Source: Eledone cirrhosa
Taxonomy: Eukaryota
DNA: 64,000 nucleotides
NCBI GenBank assembly: GCA_964016885.1
Contig: OZ024747.1
Location: forward strand, 33,294,001 to 33,358,000
Reading direction: 5' to 3'
Shown here: positions 29,101 to 45,500 of the stretch, piece by piece
Numbering within the stretch: position 1 is the stretch's first letter
How the letters are laid out: every line of letters starts with the position of its first letter
Notes under the pieces: generated by a model
What the model was told of the DNA's origin: nothing
Database searches by the model: none
Seen by the model: the letters and a program-made list of their open reading frames with translations, nothing else
Translations under genes and position numbers: made by a program

Positions 29101-32100
29101 TACATGTAACAACCATAACAGAAATAACACTAACAACGTTAACAACAATACATGTAACAACCATAACAGAAATAACACTAACAACGTTAACAACAATACA
29201 TGTAACAGCCATAACAGAAATAACACTAACAACGTTAACAACAATACATGTAACAACCATAACAGAAATAACACTAACAACGTTAACAACAACCATAACA
29301 GAAATAACACTAACAACGTTAACAACAATACATGTAACAACCATAACAGAAATAACACTAACAACGTTAACAACAACCATAACAGAAATAACACTAACAA
29401 CGTTAACAACAATACATGTAACAACCATAACAGAAGTAGCACTAACAACGTTAACAACAATACATGTAACAACCATAACAGAAATAACACTAACAACGTT
29501 AACAACAATACATGTAACAGCCATAACAGAAATAACTCTAACAACGTTAACAACAATACATGTAACAACCTTAATAGAAATAACACTAGCAACGTTAACA
29601 ACAATACATGTAACAACCATAACAGAAATAACACTAGCAACGTTAACAACAATACATGTAACAACCATAACAGAAATAACATGTGCAACGTTAACAACAA
29701 TACATGTAACAACCATAACAGAAATAACACTAGTAACGTTAACAACAATACATGTAACAACGATAACAGAAATAACACTAGTAACGTTAGCAACAATACA
29801 TGTCACAACCATAACAGAAATAACACTAACAACGTTAACAACAATACATGTAACAACCATAACAGAAATAGCACTAACAACGTTAACAACAATACATGTA
29901 ACAACCATAACAGAAATAACACTAACAACGTTAACAACAACCATAACAGAAATAACACACACAACGGTAACAACAATACATGTAACAACCATAACAGAAA
30001 TAACACTAGTAACGTTAACAACAATACATGTAACAACCATAACAATAATAACACTAACAACGTTAACAACAATACATGTAAAAACAATAACATAAATAAC
30101 ACTAGTAACGTTAACAACAATACATGTAACAACCATAACAGAAATAACACTAACTACGTTAACAACAATACATGTAACGACCATAACAGAAATAACACTA
30201 ACAACGTTAACGACAATACATGTAACAACCATAACAGAAATAACCCGAGCAACGTTAACAACAATACATGTAACAACCATAACAGAAATAACACTAGCAA
30301 CGTTAACAACAATACATGTAACAGCCATAACAGAAATAACACTAGCAGCGTTAACAACAATACATGTAACAGCCATAACAGAAATAACACTAGCAGCGTT
30401 AACAACAATACATGTAACAACCAAAACAGAAATAACACTAGTAACGTTAACAACAATACATGTAACAACGATAACAGAAATAACACTCGTAACGTTAGCA
30501 ACAATACATGTCACAACCATAACAGCAATAACACTAACAACGTTAACAACAACTATAACAGAAATAACACTCACAACGGTAACAACAATCAATGTAACAA
30601 CCATAACAGAAATAACACTAGCAACGTTAACAACAATACATGTAACAACCATAACAGAAATAACACTAGCAACGTTAACAACAATTCATGTAACAACCAT
30701 AACAGAAATAACACTAGCAACGTTAACAACAATACATGTAACAACCATAACAGAAATAACACTAGTAACGTTAACAACAATACATGTAACAACGATAACA
30801 GAAATAAGACTAACAACGTTAACAACAATACATGTAACAACCATAACAGAAATAACGCTAACAACGCTAACAATAATACATGTAACAGCCATAACAGAAA
30901 TAACTCTAACCACGTTAACAACAATACATGTAACAACCATAACAGAAATAACACTAACAACGTTAACAACAATACATGTAACAACCATAACAGAAATAAC
31001 ACTAACAACATTAACAACAATACATGTAACAACCATAACAGAAATAACACTAACAACGTTAACAACAATACATGTAACAACCATAACAGAAATAACATTA
31101 ACAACATTAACAACAATACATGTAACAACCATAACAGAAATAACACTAACAACGTTAACAACAATACATGTAACAACCATAACAGAAATAACACTAACAA
31201 CGTTAACAACAATACATGTAACAGCCATAACAGAAATAACACTAACAACGTTAACAACAATACATGTAACAACCATAACAGAAATAACACTAACAACGTT
31301 AACAACAACCATAACAGAAATAACACTAACAACGTTAACAACAATACATGTAACAACCATAACAGAAATAACACTAACAACGTTAACAACAACCATAACA
31401 GAAATAACACTAACAACGTTAACAACAATACATGTAACAACCATAACAGAAGTAGCACTAACAACGTTAACAACAATACATGTAACAACCATAACAGAAA
31501 TAACACTAACAACGTTAACAACAATACATGTAACAGCCATAACAGAAATAACTCTAACAACGTTAACAACAATACATGTAACAACCATAACAGAATAACA
31601 CTAGCAACGTTAACAACAATACAAGTAACAACCATAACAGAAATAACACTAGCAACGTTAACAACAATACATGTAACAACCATAACAGAAATAACACTAG
31701 TAACATTAGCAACAATACATGTAACAACCTTAATAGAAATAACACTAGCAACGTTAACAACAATACATGTAACAACCATAACAGAAATAACACTAGCAAC
31801 GTTAACAACAATACATGTAACAACCATAACAGAAATAACATGTGCAACGTTAACAACAATACATGTAACAACCATAACAGAAATAACACTAGTAACGTTA
31901 ACAACAATACATGTAACAACGATAACAGAAATAACACTAGTAACGTTAGCAACAATACATGTCACAACCATAACAGAAATAACACTAACAACGTTAACAA
32001 CAATACATGTAACAACCATAACAGAAATAGCACTAACAAAGTTAACAACAATACATGTAACAACCATAACAGAAATAACACTAACAACGTTAACAACAAT

Positions 32101-34443
32101 ACATGTAACAACCATAACAGAAATAACACTAACAACGTTAACAACAACCATAACAGAAATAACACACACAACGGTAACAACAATACATGTAACAACCATA
32201 ACAGAAATAACACTAGTAACGTTAACAACAATACATGTAACAACCATAACAATAATAACACTAACAACGTTAACAACAATACATGTAAAAACAATAACAT
32301 AAATAACACTAGTAACGTTAACAACAATACATGTAACAACCATAACAGAAATAACACTAACTACGTTAACAACAATACATGTAACGACCATAACAGAAAT
32401 AACACTAACAACGTTAACGACAATACATGTAACAACCATAACAGAAATAACCCGAGCAACGTTAACAACAATACATGTAACAACCATAACAGAAATAACA
32501 CTAGTAACATTAGCAACAATACATGTAACAACCTTAATAGAAATAACACTAGCAACGTTAACAACAATACATGTAACAGCCATAACAGAAATAACACTAG
32601 CAGCGTTAACAACAATACATGTAACAGCCATAACAGAAATAACACTAGCAGCGTTAACAACAATACATGTAACAACCAAAACAGAAATAACACTAGTAAC
32701 GTTAACAACAATACATGTAACAACGATAACAGAAATAACACTCGTAACGTTAGCAACAATACATGTCACAACCATAACAGCAATAACACTAACAACGTTA
32801 ACAACAACTATAACAGAAATAACACTCACAACGGTAACAACAATCAATGTAACAACCATAACAGAAATAACACTAGCAACGTTAACAACAATACATGTAA
32901 CAACCATAACAGAAATAACACTAGCAACGTTAACAACAATTCATGTAACAACCATAACATAAATAACACTAGCAACGTTAACAACAATACATGTAACAAC
33001 CATAACAGAAATAACACTAGTAACGTTAACAACAATACATGTAACAACGATAACAGAAATAAGACTAACAACGTTAACAACAATACATGTAACAACCATA
33101 ACAGAAATAACGCTAACAACGCTAACAATAATACATGTAACAGCCATAACAGAAATAACTCTAACCACGTTAACAACAATACATGTAACAACCATAACCG
33201 AAATAACACTAACAACGTTAACAACAACCATAACAGAAATAACACACACAACGGTAACAACAATACATGTAACAACCATAACAGAAATAACACTAGTAAC
33301 GTTAACAACAATACATGTAACAACCATAACAGAAATAACACTAACTACGTTAACAACAATACATGCAACAACCATAACAAAAATAACATTAACTACGTTA
33401 ACAACAATACATGTAACAACCATAACAGAAATAACACTAACAACGTTAACAACAATACATGTAACAACCATAACAGAAATAACATTAACAACATTAACAA
33501 CAACACATGTAACAACCATAACAGAAATAACACTAACAACGTTAACAACAATACATGTAACAACCATAACAGAAATAGTACTAACAACGTTAACAACAAT
33601 ACATGTAACAACCATAACAGAAATAACACTCACAACGGTAACAACAATACATGTAACAACCATAACAGAAATAACACTAGTAACGTTAACAACAATACAT
33701 GTATCAACCATAACAAAAATAACACTAACAACGTTAACAACAATACATGTAAAAACAATAACAGAAATAACACTAGTGACGTTAACAACAATACATGTAA
33801 TAACCATAACAGAAATAACACTAACTACGTTAACAACAATACATGTAACGACCATAACAGAAATAACACTAACAACGTTAACAACAATACACGTAACAAC
33901 CATAACAGAAATAACACTAGCAACGTTAGCAACAATACATGTAACAACCATAACAGAAATAACACTAGTAACATTAGCAACAATACATGTAACAACCTTA
34001 ATAGAAATAACACTAGCAACGTTAACAACAATACATGTAACAGCAATAACAGAAATAACACTAGCAACGTTAACAACAATGCATGTAACAACCATAACAG
34101 AAATAACACTAGCAACGTTAACAACAATACATGTAACAACCATAACAGAAATAACACTAGTAACGTCAACAACAATACATGTAACAACCATAACAGAAAT
34201 AACACTAGTAACGTTAGCAACAATACATGTCACAACCATAACAGCAATAACACTAACAACGTTAACAACAACTATAACAGAAATAACACTCACAACGGTA
34301 ACAACAATACATGTAACAACCATAAAAGAAATAACACTAGCAACGTTAACAACAATACATGTAACAGCCATAACAGAAATAACACTAGCAACGTTAACAA
34401 CAATACATGTAACAACCATAACAGAAATAACACTAGTAACGTT
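19827..34443 (+). repeat. Higher-order tandem duplication, period 7283 bp (2 copies, no differences noticed)
   Basis: ORF pairs with identical translations differ by 7283: 20115..23369/27398..30652, 20950/28233, 23306/30589, 25561/32844 and 26542/33825. The match breaks near 19825 (GCAGCG vs GCAACG) and at 34444 (GTTTAC vs GTTAAC). Confidence 0.92.
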
Positions 34444-37400
34444 TACAACAATACATGTAACAACCATAACAGAAATAACACTAACAACGTTAACAACAAT
34501 ACATGTAACAACCATAACAGAAATAACACTAACAACGTTAACAATAATACATGTAACAGCTATAACAGAAATAACTCTAACAACGTTAACAACAATACAT
34601 GTAACAACCATAACCGAAATAACACTAACAACGTTAACAACAACCATAACAGAAATAACACTCACAACGGTAACAACAATACATGTAACAACCATAACAG
34701 AAATAACACTAGTAACGTTAACAACAATACATGTAACAACCATAACAGAAATAACACTAACAACGTTAACAACAATACATGTAACAACCATAACAGAAAT
34801 AACACTAGTAACGTTAACAACAATACATGTAACAACCATAACAGAAATAACACTAACTACGTTAACAAAAATACATGTAACGACCATAACAGAAATAACA
34901 CTAACAACATTAACAATAATACATGTAACAACCATAACAGAAATAACACTAACAACGTTAACAACAATACATGTAACAACCATAACAGAAATAACATTAA
35001 CAACATTAACAACAATACATGTAACAACCATAACAGAAATAACACTAACAACGTTAACAATAATACATGTAACAGCTATAACAGAAATAACTCTAACAAC
35101 GTTAACAACAATACATGTAACAACCATAACCGAAATAACACTAACAACGTTAACAAGAACCATAACAGAAATAACACTCACAACGGTAACAACAATACAT
35201 GTAACAACCATAACAGAAATAACACTAGTAACGTTAACAACAATACATGTAACAACCATAACAGAAATAACACTAACAACGTTAACAACAATACATGTAA
35301 CAACAATAACAGAAATAACACTAGTAACGTTAACAACAATACATGTAACAACCATAACAGAAATAACACTAACTACGTTAACAAAAATACTTGTAACGAC
35401 CATAACAGAAATAACACTAACAGCATTAACAACAATACATGTAACAACCATAACAGAAATAACACTAACAACGTTAACAACAATACATGTAACAACCATA
35501 ACAGAAATAACATTAACAACATTAACAACAATACATGTAACAACCATAACAGAAATAACACTAACAACGTTAACAACAATACATGTAACAACCATAACAG
35601 AAATAACACTAACAACGTTAACAACAATACATGTAACAGCCATAACAGAAATAACACTAACAACGTTAACAACAATACATGTAACAACCATAACAGAAAT
35701 AACACTAACAACGTTAACAACAACCATAACAGAAATAACACTAACAACGTTAACAACAATACATGTAACAACCATAACAGAAATAACACTAACAACGTTA
35801 ACAACAACCATAACAGAAATAACACTAACAACGTTAACAACAATACATGTAACAACCATAACAGAATTAGCACTAACAACGTTAACAACAATACATGTAA
35901 CAACCATAACAGAAATAACACTAACAACGTTAACAACAATACATGTAACAGCCATAACAGAAATAACTCTAACAACGTTAACAACAATACATGTAACAAC
36001 CATAACAGAATAACACTAGCAACGTTAACAACAATACAAGTAACAACCATAACAGAAATAACACTAGCAACGTTAATAACAATACATGTAACAACCATAA
36101 CAGAAATAACACTAGTAACATTAGCAACAATACATGTAACAACCTTAATAGAAATAACACTAGCAACGTTAACAACAATACATGTAACAACCATAACAGA
36201 AATAACACTAGCAACGTTAACAACAATACATGTAACAACCATAACAGAAATAACATGGGCAACGTTAACAACAATACATGTAACAACCATAACAGAAATA
36301 ACACTAGTAACGTTAACAACAATACATGTAACAACGATAACAGAAATAACACTAGTAACGTTAGCAACAATACATGTCACAACCATAACAGAAATAACAC
36401 TAACAACGTTAACAACAATACATGTAACAACCATAACAGAAATAATACTAACACCGTTAACAACAACTATAAAAGAAATAACACTCACAACGGTAACAAC
36501 AACACGTGTAACAACCATAACAGAAATAACACTAGTAACGTTAACAACAATACATGTAACAAACATAACAGAAATAACACTAACAACGTTAACAACAATA
36601 CATGTAACAACCATAACAGAAATAACACTAGTAACGTTAACAACAATACATGTAACAACCATAACAGAAATAACACTAACTACGTTAACAACAATACATG
36701 CAACAACCATAACAAAAATAACATTAACTACGTTAACAACAATACATGTAACAACCATAACAGAAATAACACTAACAACGTTAACAACAATACATGTAAC
36801 AACCATAACAGAAATAACATTAACAACATTAACAACAACACATGTAACAACCATAACAGAAATAACACTAACAACGTTAACAACAATACATGTAACAACC
36901 ATAACAGAAATAGTACTAACAACGTTAACAACAATACATGTAACAACCATAACAGAAATAACACTCACAACAGTAACAACAATACATGTAACAACCATAA
37001 CAGAAATAACACTAGTAACGTTAACAACAATACATGTATCAACCATAACAAAAATAACACTAACAACGTTAACAACAATACATGTAAAAACAATAACAGA
37101 AATAACACTAGTGACGTTAACAACAATACATGTAACAACCATAACAGAAATAACACTAACTACGTTAACAACAATACATGTAACGACCATAACAGAAATA
37201 ACACTAACAACGTTAACAACAATACATGTAACAACCATAACAGAAATAACACTAGCAACGTTAGCAACAATACATGTAACAACCATAACAGAAATAACAC
37301 TAGTAACATTAGCAACAATACATGTAACAAACTTAATAGAAATAACACTAGCAACGTTAACAACAATACATGTAACATCCATAACAGAAATAACACTAGC

Positions 37401-40400
37401 AACGTTAACAACAATGCATGTAACAACCATAACAGAAATAACACTAGCAACGTTAACAACAATACATGTAACAACCATAACAGAAATAACACTAGTAACG
37501 TCAACAACAATACATGTAACAACCATAACAGAAATAACACTAGTAACGTTAGCAACAATACATGTCACAACCATAACAGCAATAACACTAACAACGTTAA
37601 CAACAACTATAACAGAAATAACACTCACAACGGTAACAACAATACATGTAACAACCATAAAAGAAATAACACTAGCAACGTTAACAACAATACATGTAAC
37701 AGCCATAACAGAAATAACACTAGCAACGTTAACAACAATACATGTAACAACCATAACAGAAATAACACTAGTAACGTTTACAACAATACATGTAACAACC
37801 ATAACAGAAATAACACTAACAACGTTAACAACAATACATGTAACAACCATAACAGAAATAACACTAACAACGTTAACAATAATACATGTAACAGCTATAA
37901 CAGAAATAACTCTAACAACGTTAACAACAATACATGTAACAACCATAACCGAAATAACACTAACAACGTTAACAACAACCATAACAGAAATAACACTCAC
38001 AACGGTAACAACAATACATGTAACAACCATAACAGAAATAACACTAGTAACGTTAACAACAATACATGTAACAACCATAACAGAAATAACACTAACAACG
38101 TTAACAACAATACATGTAACAACCATAACAGAAATAACACTAGTAACGTTAACAACAATACATGTAACAACCATAACAGAAATAACACTAACTACGTTAA
38201 CAAAAATACATGTAACGACCATAACAGAAATAACACTAACAACATTAACAACAATACATGTAACAACCATAACAGAAATAACACTAACAACGTTAACAAC
38301 AATACATGTAACAACCATAACAGAAATAACATTAACAACATTAACAACAATACATGTAACAACCATAACAGAAATAACACTAACAACGTTAACAATAATA
38401 CATGTAACAGCTATAACAGAAATAACTCTAACAACGTTAACAACAATACATGTAACAACCATAACCGAAATAACACTAACAACGTTAACAACAACCATAA
38501 CAGAAATAACACTCACAACGGTAACAACAATACATGTAACAACCATAACAGAAATAACACTAGTAACGTTAACAACAATACATGTAACAACCATAACAGA
38601 AATAACACTAACAACGTTAACAACAATACATGTAACAACAATAACAGAAATAACACTAGTAACGTTAACAACAATACATGTAACAACCATAACAGAAATA
38701 ACACTAACTACGTTAACAAAAATACTTGTAACGACCATAACAGAAATAACACTAACAACATTAACAACAATACATGTAACAACCATAACAGAAATAACAC
38801 TAACAACGTTAACAACAATACATGTAACAACCATAACAGAAATAACATTAACAACATTAACAACAATACATGTAACAACCATAACAGAAATAACACTAAC
38901 AACGTTAACAACAATACATGTAACAACCATAACAGAAATAACACTAACAACGTTAACAACAATACATGTAACAGCCATAACAGAAATAACACTAACAACG
39001 TTAACAACAATACATGTAACAACCATAACAGAAATAACACTAACAACGTTAACAACAACCATAACAGAAATAACACTAACAACGTTAACAACAATACATG
39101 TAACAACCATAACAGAAATAACACTAACAACGTTAACAACAACCATAACAGAAATAACACTAACAACGTTAACAACAATACATGTAACAACCATAACAGA
39201 ATTAGCACTAACAACGTTAACAACAATACATGTAACAACCATAACAGAAATAACACTAACAACGTTAACAACAATACATGTAACAGCCATAACAGAAATA
39301 ACTCTAACAACGTTAACAACAATACATGTAACAACCATAACAGAATAACACTAGCAACGTTAACAACAATACAAGTAACAACCATAACAGAAATAACACT
39401 AGCAACGTTAATAACAATACATGTAACAACCATAACAGAAATAACACTAGTAACATTAGCAACAATACATGTAACAACCTTAATAGAAATAACACTAGCA
39501 ACGTTAACAACAATACATGTAACAACCATAACAGAAATAACACTAGCAACGTTAACAACAATACATGTAACAACCATAACAGAAATAACATGGGCAACGT
39601 TAACAACAATACATGTAACAACCATAACAGAAATAACACTAGTAACGTTAACAACAATACATGTAACAACGATAACAGAAATAACACTAGTAACGTTAGC
39701 AACAATACATGTCACAACCATAACAGAAATAACACTAACAACGTTAACAACAATACATGTAACAACCATAACAGAAATAATACTAACACCGTTAACAACA
39801 ACTATAAAAGAAATAACACTCACAACGGTAACAACAACACGTGTAACAACCATAACAGAAATAACACTAGTAACGTTAACAACAATACATGTAACAAACA
39901 TAACAGAAATAACACTAACAACGTTAACAACAATACATGTAACAACCATAACAGAAATAACACTAGTAACGTTAACAACAATACATGTAACAACCATAAC
40001 AGAAATAACACTAACTACGTTAACAACAATACATGCAACAACCATAACAAAAATAACATTAACTACGTTAACAACAATACATGTAACAACCATAACAGAA
40101 ATAACACTAACAACGTTAACAACAATACATGTAACAACCATAACAGAAATAACATTAACAACATTAACAACAACACATGTAACAACCATAACAGAAATAA
40201 CACTAACAACGTTAACAACAATACATGTAACAACCATAACAGAAATAGTACTAACAACGTTAACAACAATACATGTAACAACCATAACAGAAATAACACT
40301 CACAACGGTAACAACAATACATGTAACAACCATAACAGAAATAACACTAGTAACGTTAACAACAATACAAGTATCAACCATAACAAAAATAACACTAACA

Positions 40401-42560
40401 ACGTTAACAACAATACATGTAAAAACAATAACAGAAATAACACTAGTGACGTTAACAACAATACATGTAACAACCATAACAGAAATAACACTAACTACGT
40501 TAACAACAATACATGTAACGACCATAACAGAAATAACACTAACAACGTTAACAACAATACATGTAACAACCATAACAGAAATAACACTTGCAACGTTAAC
40601 AACAATACATGTAACATCCATAACAGAAATAACACTAGCAACGTTAACAACAATGCATGTAACAACCATAACAGAAATAACACTAGCAACGTTAACAACA
40701 ATACATGTAACAACCATAACAGAAATAACACTAGTAACGTCAACAACAATACATGTAACAACCATAACAGAAATAACACTAGTAACGTTAGCAACAATAC
40801 ATGTCACAACCATAACAGCAATAACACTAACAACGTTAACAACAACTATAACAGAAATAACACTCACAACGGTAACAACAATACATGTAACAACCATAAA
40901 AGAAATAACACTAGCAACGTTAACAACAATACATGTAACAGCCATAACAGAAATAACACTAGCAACGTTAACAACAATACATGTAACAACCATAACAGAA
41001 ATAACACTAGTAACGTTTACAACAATACATGTAACAACCATAACAGAAATAACACTAACAACGTTAACAACAATACATGTAACAACCATAACAGAAATAA
41101 CACTAACAACGTTAACAATAATACATGTAACAGCTATAACAGAAATAACTCTAACAACGTTAACAACAATACATGTAACAACCATAACCGAAATAACACT
41201 AACAACGTTAACAACAACCATAACAGAAATAACACTCACAACGGTAACAACAATACATGTAACAACCATAACAGAAATAACACTAGTAACGTTAACAACA
41301 ATACATGTAACAACCATAACAGAAATAACACTAACAACGTTAACAACAATACATGTAACAACAATAACAGAAATAACACTAGTAACGTTAACAACAATAC
41401 ATGTAACAACCATAACAGAAATAACACTAACTACGTTAACAAAAATACATGTAACGACCATAACAGAAATAACACTAACAACATTAACAACAATACATGT
41501 AACAACCATAACAGAAATAACACTAACAACGTTAACAACAATACATGTAACAACCATAACAGAAATAACATTAACAACATTAACAACAATACATGTAACA
41601 ACCATAACAGAAATAACACTAACAACGTTAACAACAATACATGTAACAACCATAACAGAAATAACACTAACAACGTTAACAACAATACATGTAACAGCCA
41701 TAACAGAAATAACACTAACAACGTTAACAACAATACATGTAACAACCATAACAGAAATAACACTAACAACGTTAACAACAACCATAACAGAAATAACACT
41801 AACAACGTTAACAACAATACATGTAACAACCATAACAGAAATAACACTAACAACGTTAACAACAACCATAACAGAAATAACACTAACAACGTTAACAACA
41901 ATACATGTAACAACCATAACAGAAGTAGCACTAACAACGTTAACAACAATACATGTAACAACCATAACAGAAATAACACTAACAACGTTAACAACAATAC
42001 ATGTAACAGCCATAACAGAAATAACTCTAACAACGTTAACAACAATACATGTAACAACCATAACAGAATAACACTAGCAACGTTAACAACAATACAAGTA
42101 ACAACCATAACAGAAATAACACTAGCAACGTTAACAACAATACATGTAACAACCATAACAGAAATAACACTAGTAACATTAGCAACAATACATGTAACAA
42201 CCTTAATAGAAATAACACTAGCAACGTTAATAACAATACATGTAACAACCATAACAGAAATAACACTAGCAACGTTAACAAAAATACATGTAACAACCAT
42301 AACAGAAATAACATGGGCAACGTTAACAACAATACATGTAACAACCATAACAGAAATAACACTAGTAACGTTAACAACAATACATGTAACAACGATAACA
42401 GAAATAACACTAGTAACGTTAGCAACAATACATGTCACAACCATAACAGAAATAACACTAACAACGTTAACAACAATACATGTAACAACCATAACAGAAA
42501 TAATACTAACACCGTTAACAACAACTATAAAAGAAATAACACTCACAACGGTAACAACAA
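33260..42560 (+). repeat. Higher-order repeat, period 3335 bp, followed by a 2723-bp copy; contains an internal 516-bp duplication
   Basis: ORF pairs 33393/36728/40063, 33630/36965/40300 and 35978/39313 differ by 3335. The pair 39313/42036 differs by 2723 (3335 - 516 - 96). Pairs 34662/35178 and 37997/38513 differ by 516. Confidence 0.88.
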
Positions 42561-45500
42561 CACGTGTAACAAACATAACAGAAATAACACTAGTAACGTT
42601 AACAACAATACATGTAACAACCATAACAGAAATAACACTAACAACGTTAACAACAATACATGTAACAACAATAACAGAAATAACACTAGTAACGTTAACA
42701 ACAATACATGTAACAACCATAACAGAAATAACACTAACGACGTTAACAACAATACATATAACAACGATAACAGAAATAATACTAACACCGTTAACAACAA
42801 CTATAAAAGAAATAACACTCACAACGGTAACAACAACACGTGTAACAACTATAACAGAAATAACACTAGTAACGTTAACAACAATACATGTAACAGCCAT
42901 AACAGAAATAACACTAACAACGTTAACAACAATACATGTAACAACAATAACAGAAATAACACTAGTAACGTTAACAACAATACATGTAACAACCATAACA
43001 GAAATAACACTAACAACGTTAACAACAATACATGTAACAACAATAACAGAAATAACACTAGTAACGTTAACAACAATACATGTAACAGCCATAACAGAAA
43101 TAACACTAACGGCGTTAAAAACAATACATATAACAACCATAACAGAAATAACACTAACAACGTTAACAACAATACATGTAACAACCATAACAGAAATAAC
43201 ACTAACAACGTTAACAACAATACATGTAACAACCATAACAGAAATAAGACTAACAACGTTAACAACAACCATAACAGAAATAACACTAACAACGTTAACA
43301 ACAATACATGAAACAAACATAACAGAAATAACACTAACGACGTTAACAACAATACATATAACAACCATAACAGAAATAACACTAACAACGTTAACAACAA
43401 TACATGTAACAACCATAACAGAAATAACACAAACAACGTTAACAACAATACATGTAACACCCATAACAAAAATAACACTAACAACGTTAACAACAATACA
43501 TGTAAAAACAATAACATAAATAACACTAGTAACGTTAACAACAATACATGTAACAACCATAACAGAAATAACACTAACTACGTTAACAACAATACATGTA
43601 ACGACCATAACAGAAATAACACTAACAACTTTAACAACAATACATGTAACAACCATAACAGAAATAACCCGAGCAACGTTAACAACAATACATGTAACAA
43701 CCATAACAGAAATAACACTAGTAACATTAGCAACAATACATGTAACAACCTTAATAGAAATAACACTAGCAACGTTAACAACAATACATGTAACAGCCAT
43801 AACAGAAATAACACTAGCAGCGTTAACAACAATACATGTAACAACCATAACAGAAATAACACTAGCAGCGTTAACAACAATACATGTAACAACCATAACA
43901 GAAATAACACTAGTAACGTTAACAACAATACATGTAACAACGATAACAGAAATAACACTCGTAACGTTAGCAACAATACATGTCACAACCATAACAGCAA
44001 TAACACTAACAACGTTAACAACAACTATAACAGAAATAACACTCACAACGGTAACAACAATCAATGTAACAACCATAACAGAAATAACACTAGCAACGTT
44101 AACAAAAATACATGTAACAACCATAACAGAAATAACACTAGCAACGTTAACAACAATTCATGTAACAACCATAACAGAAATAACACTAGCAACGTTAACA
44201 ACAATACATGTAACAACCATAACAGAAATAACACTAGTAACGTTAACAACAATACATGTAACAACGATAACAGAAATAAGACTAACAACGTTAACAACAA
44301 TATATGTAACAACCATAACAGAAATAACACTAACAACGGTAACAATAATACATGTAACAGCCATAACAGAAATAACTCTAACCACGTTAACAACAATACA
44401 TGTAACAACCATAACCGAAATAACACTAACAACGTTAACAACAACCATAACAGAAATAACACACACAACGGTAACAACAATACATGTAACAACCATAACA
44501 GAAATAACACTAGTAACGTTAACAACAATACATGTAACAACCATAACAGAAATAACACTAACTACGTTAACAACAATACATGCAACAACCATAACAAAAA
44601 TAACATTAACTACGTTAACAACAATACATGTAACAACCATAACAGAAATAACACTAACAACGTTAACAACAATACATGTAACAACCATAACAGAAATAGT
44701 ACTAACAACGTTAACAACAATACATGTAACAACCATAACAGAAATAAGACTCACAACGGTAACAACAATACATGTAACAACCATAACAGAAATAACACTA
44801 GTAACGTTAACAACAATACATGTATAAACCATAACAAAAATAACACTAACAACGTTAACAACAATACATGTAACAACCATAACCGAAATAACACTAACAA
44901 CGTTAACAACAACCATAACAGAAATAACACACACAACGGTAACAACAATACATGTATAAACCATAACAAAAATAACACTAACAACGTTAACAACAATACA
45001 TGTAACAACCATAACCGAAATAACACTAACAACGTTAACAACAACCATAACAGAAATAACACACACAACGTTAACAACAATACAAGTATCAACCATAACA
45101 AAAATAACACTAACAACGTTAACAACAATACATGTAAAAACAATAACAGAAATAACACTAGTGACGTTAACAACAATACATGTAACAACCATAACAGAAA
45201 TAACACTAACTACGTTAACAACAATACATGTAACGACCATAACAGAAATAACACTAACAACGTTAACAACAATACATGTAACAACCATAACAGAAATAAC
45301 ACTTGCAACGTTAACAACAATACATGTAACATCCATAACAGAAATAACACTAGCAACGTTAACAACAATGCATGTAACAACCATAACAGAAATAACACTA
45401 GCAACGTTAACAACAATACATGTAACAACCATAACAGAAATAACACTAGTAACGTCAACAACAATACATGTAACAACCATAACAGAAATAACACTAGTAA

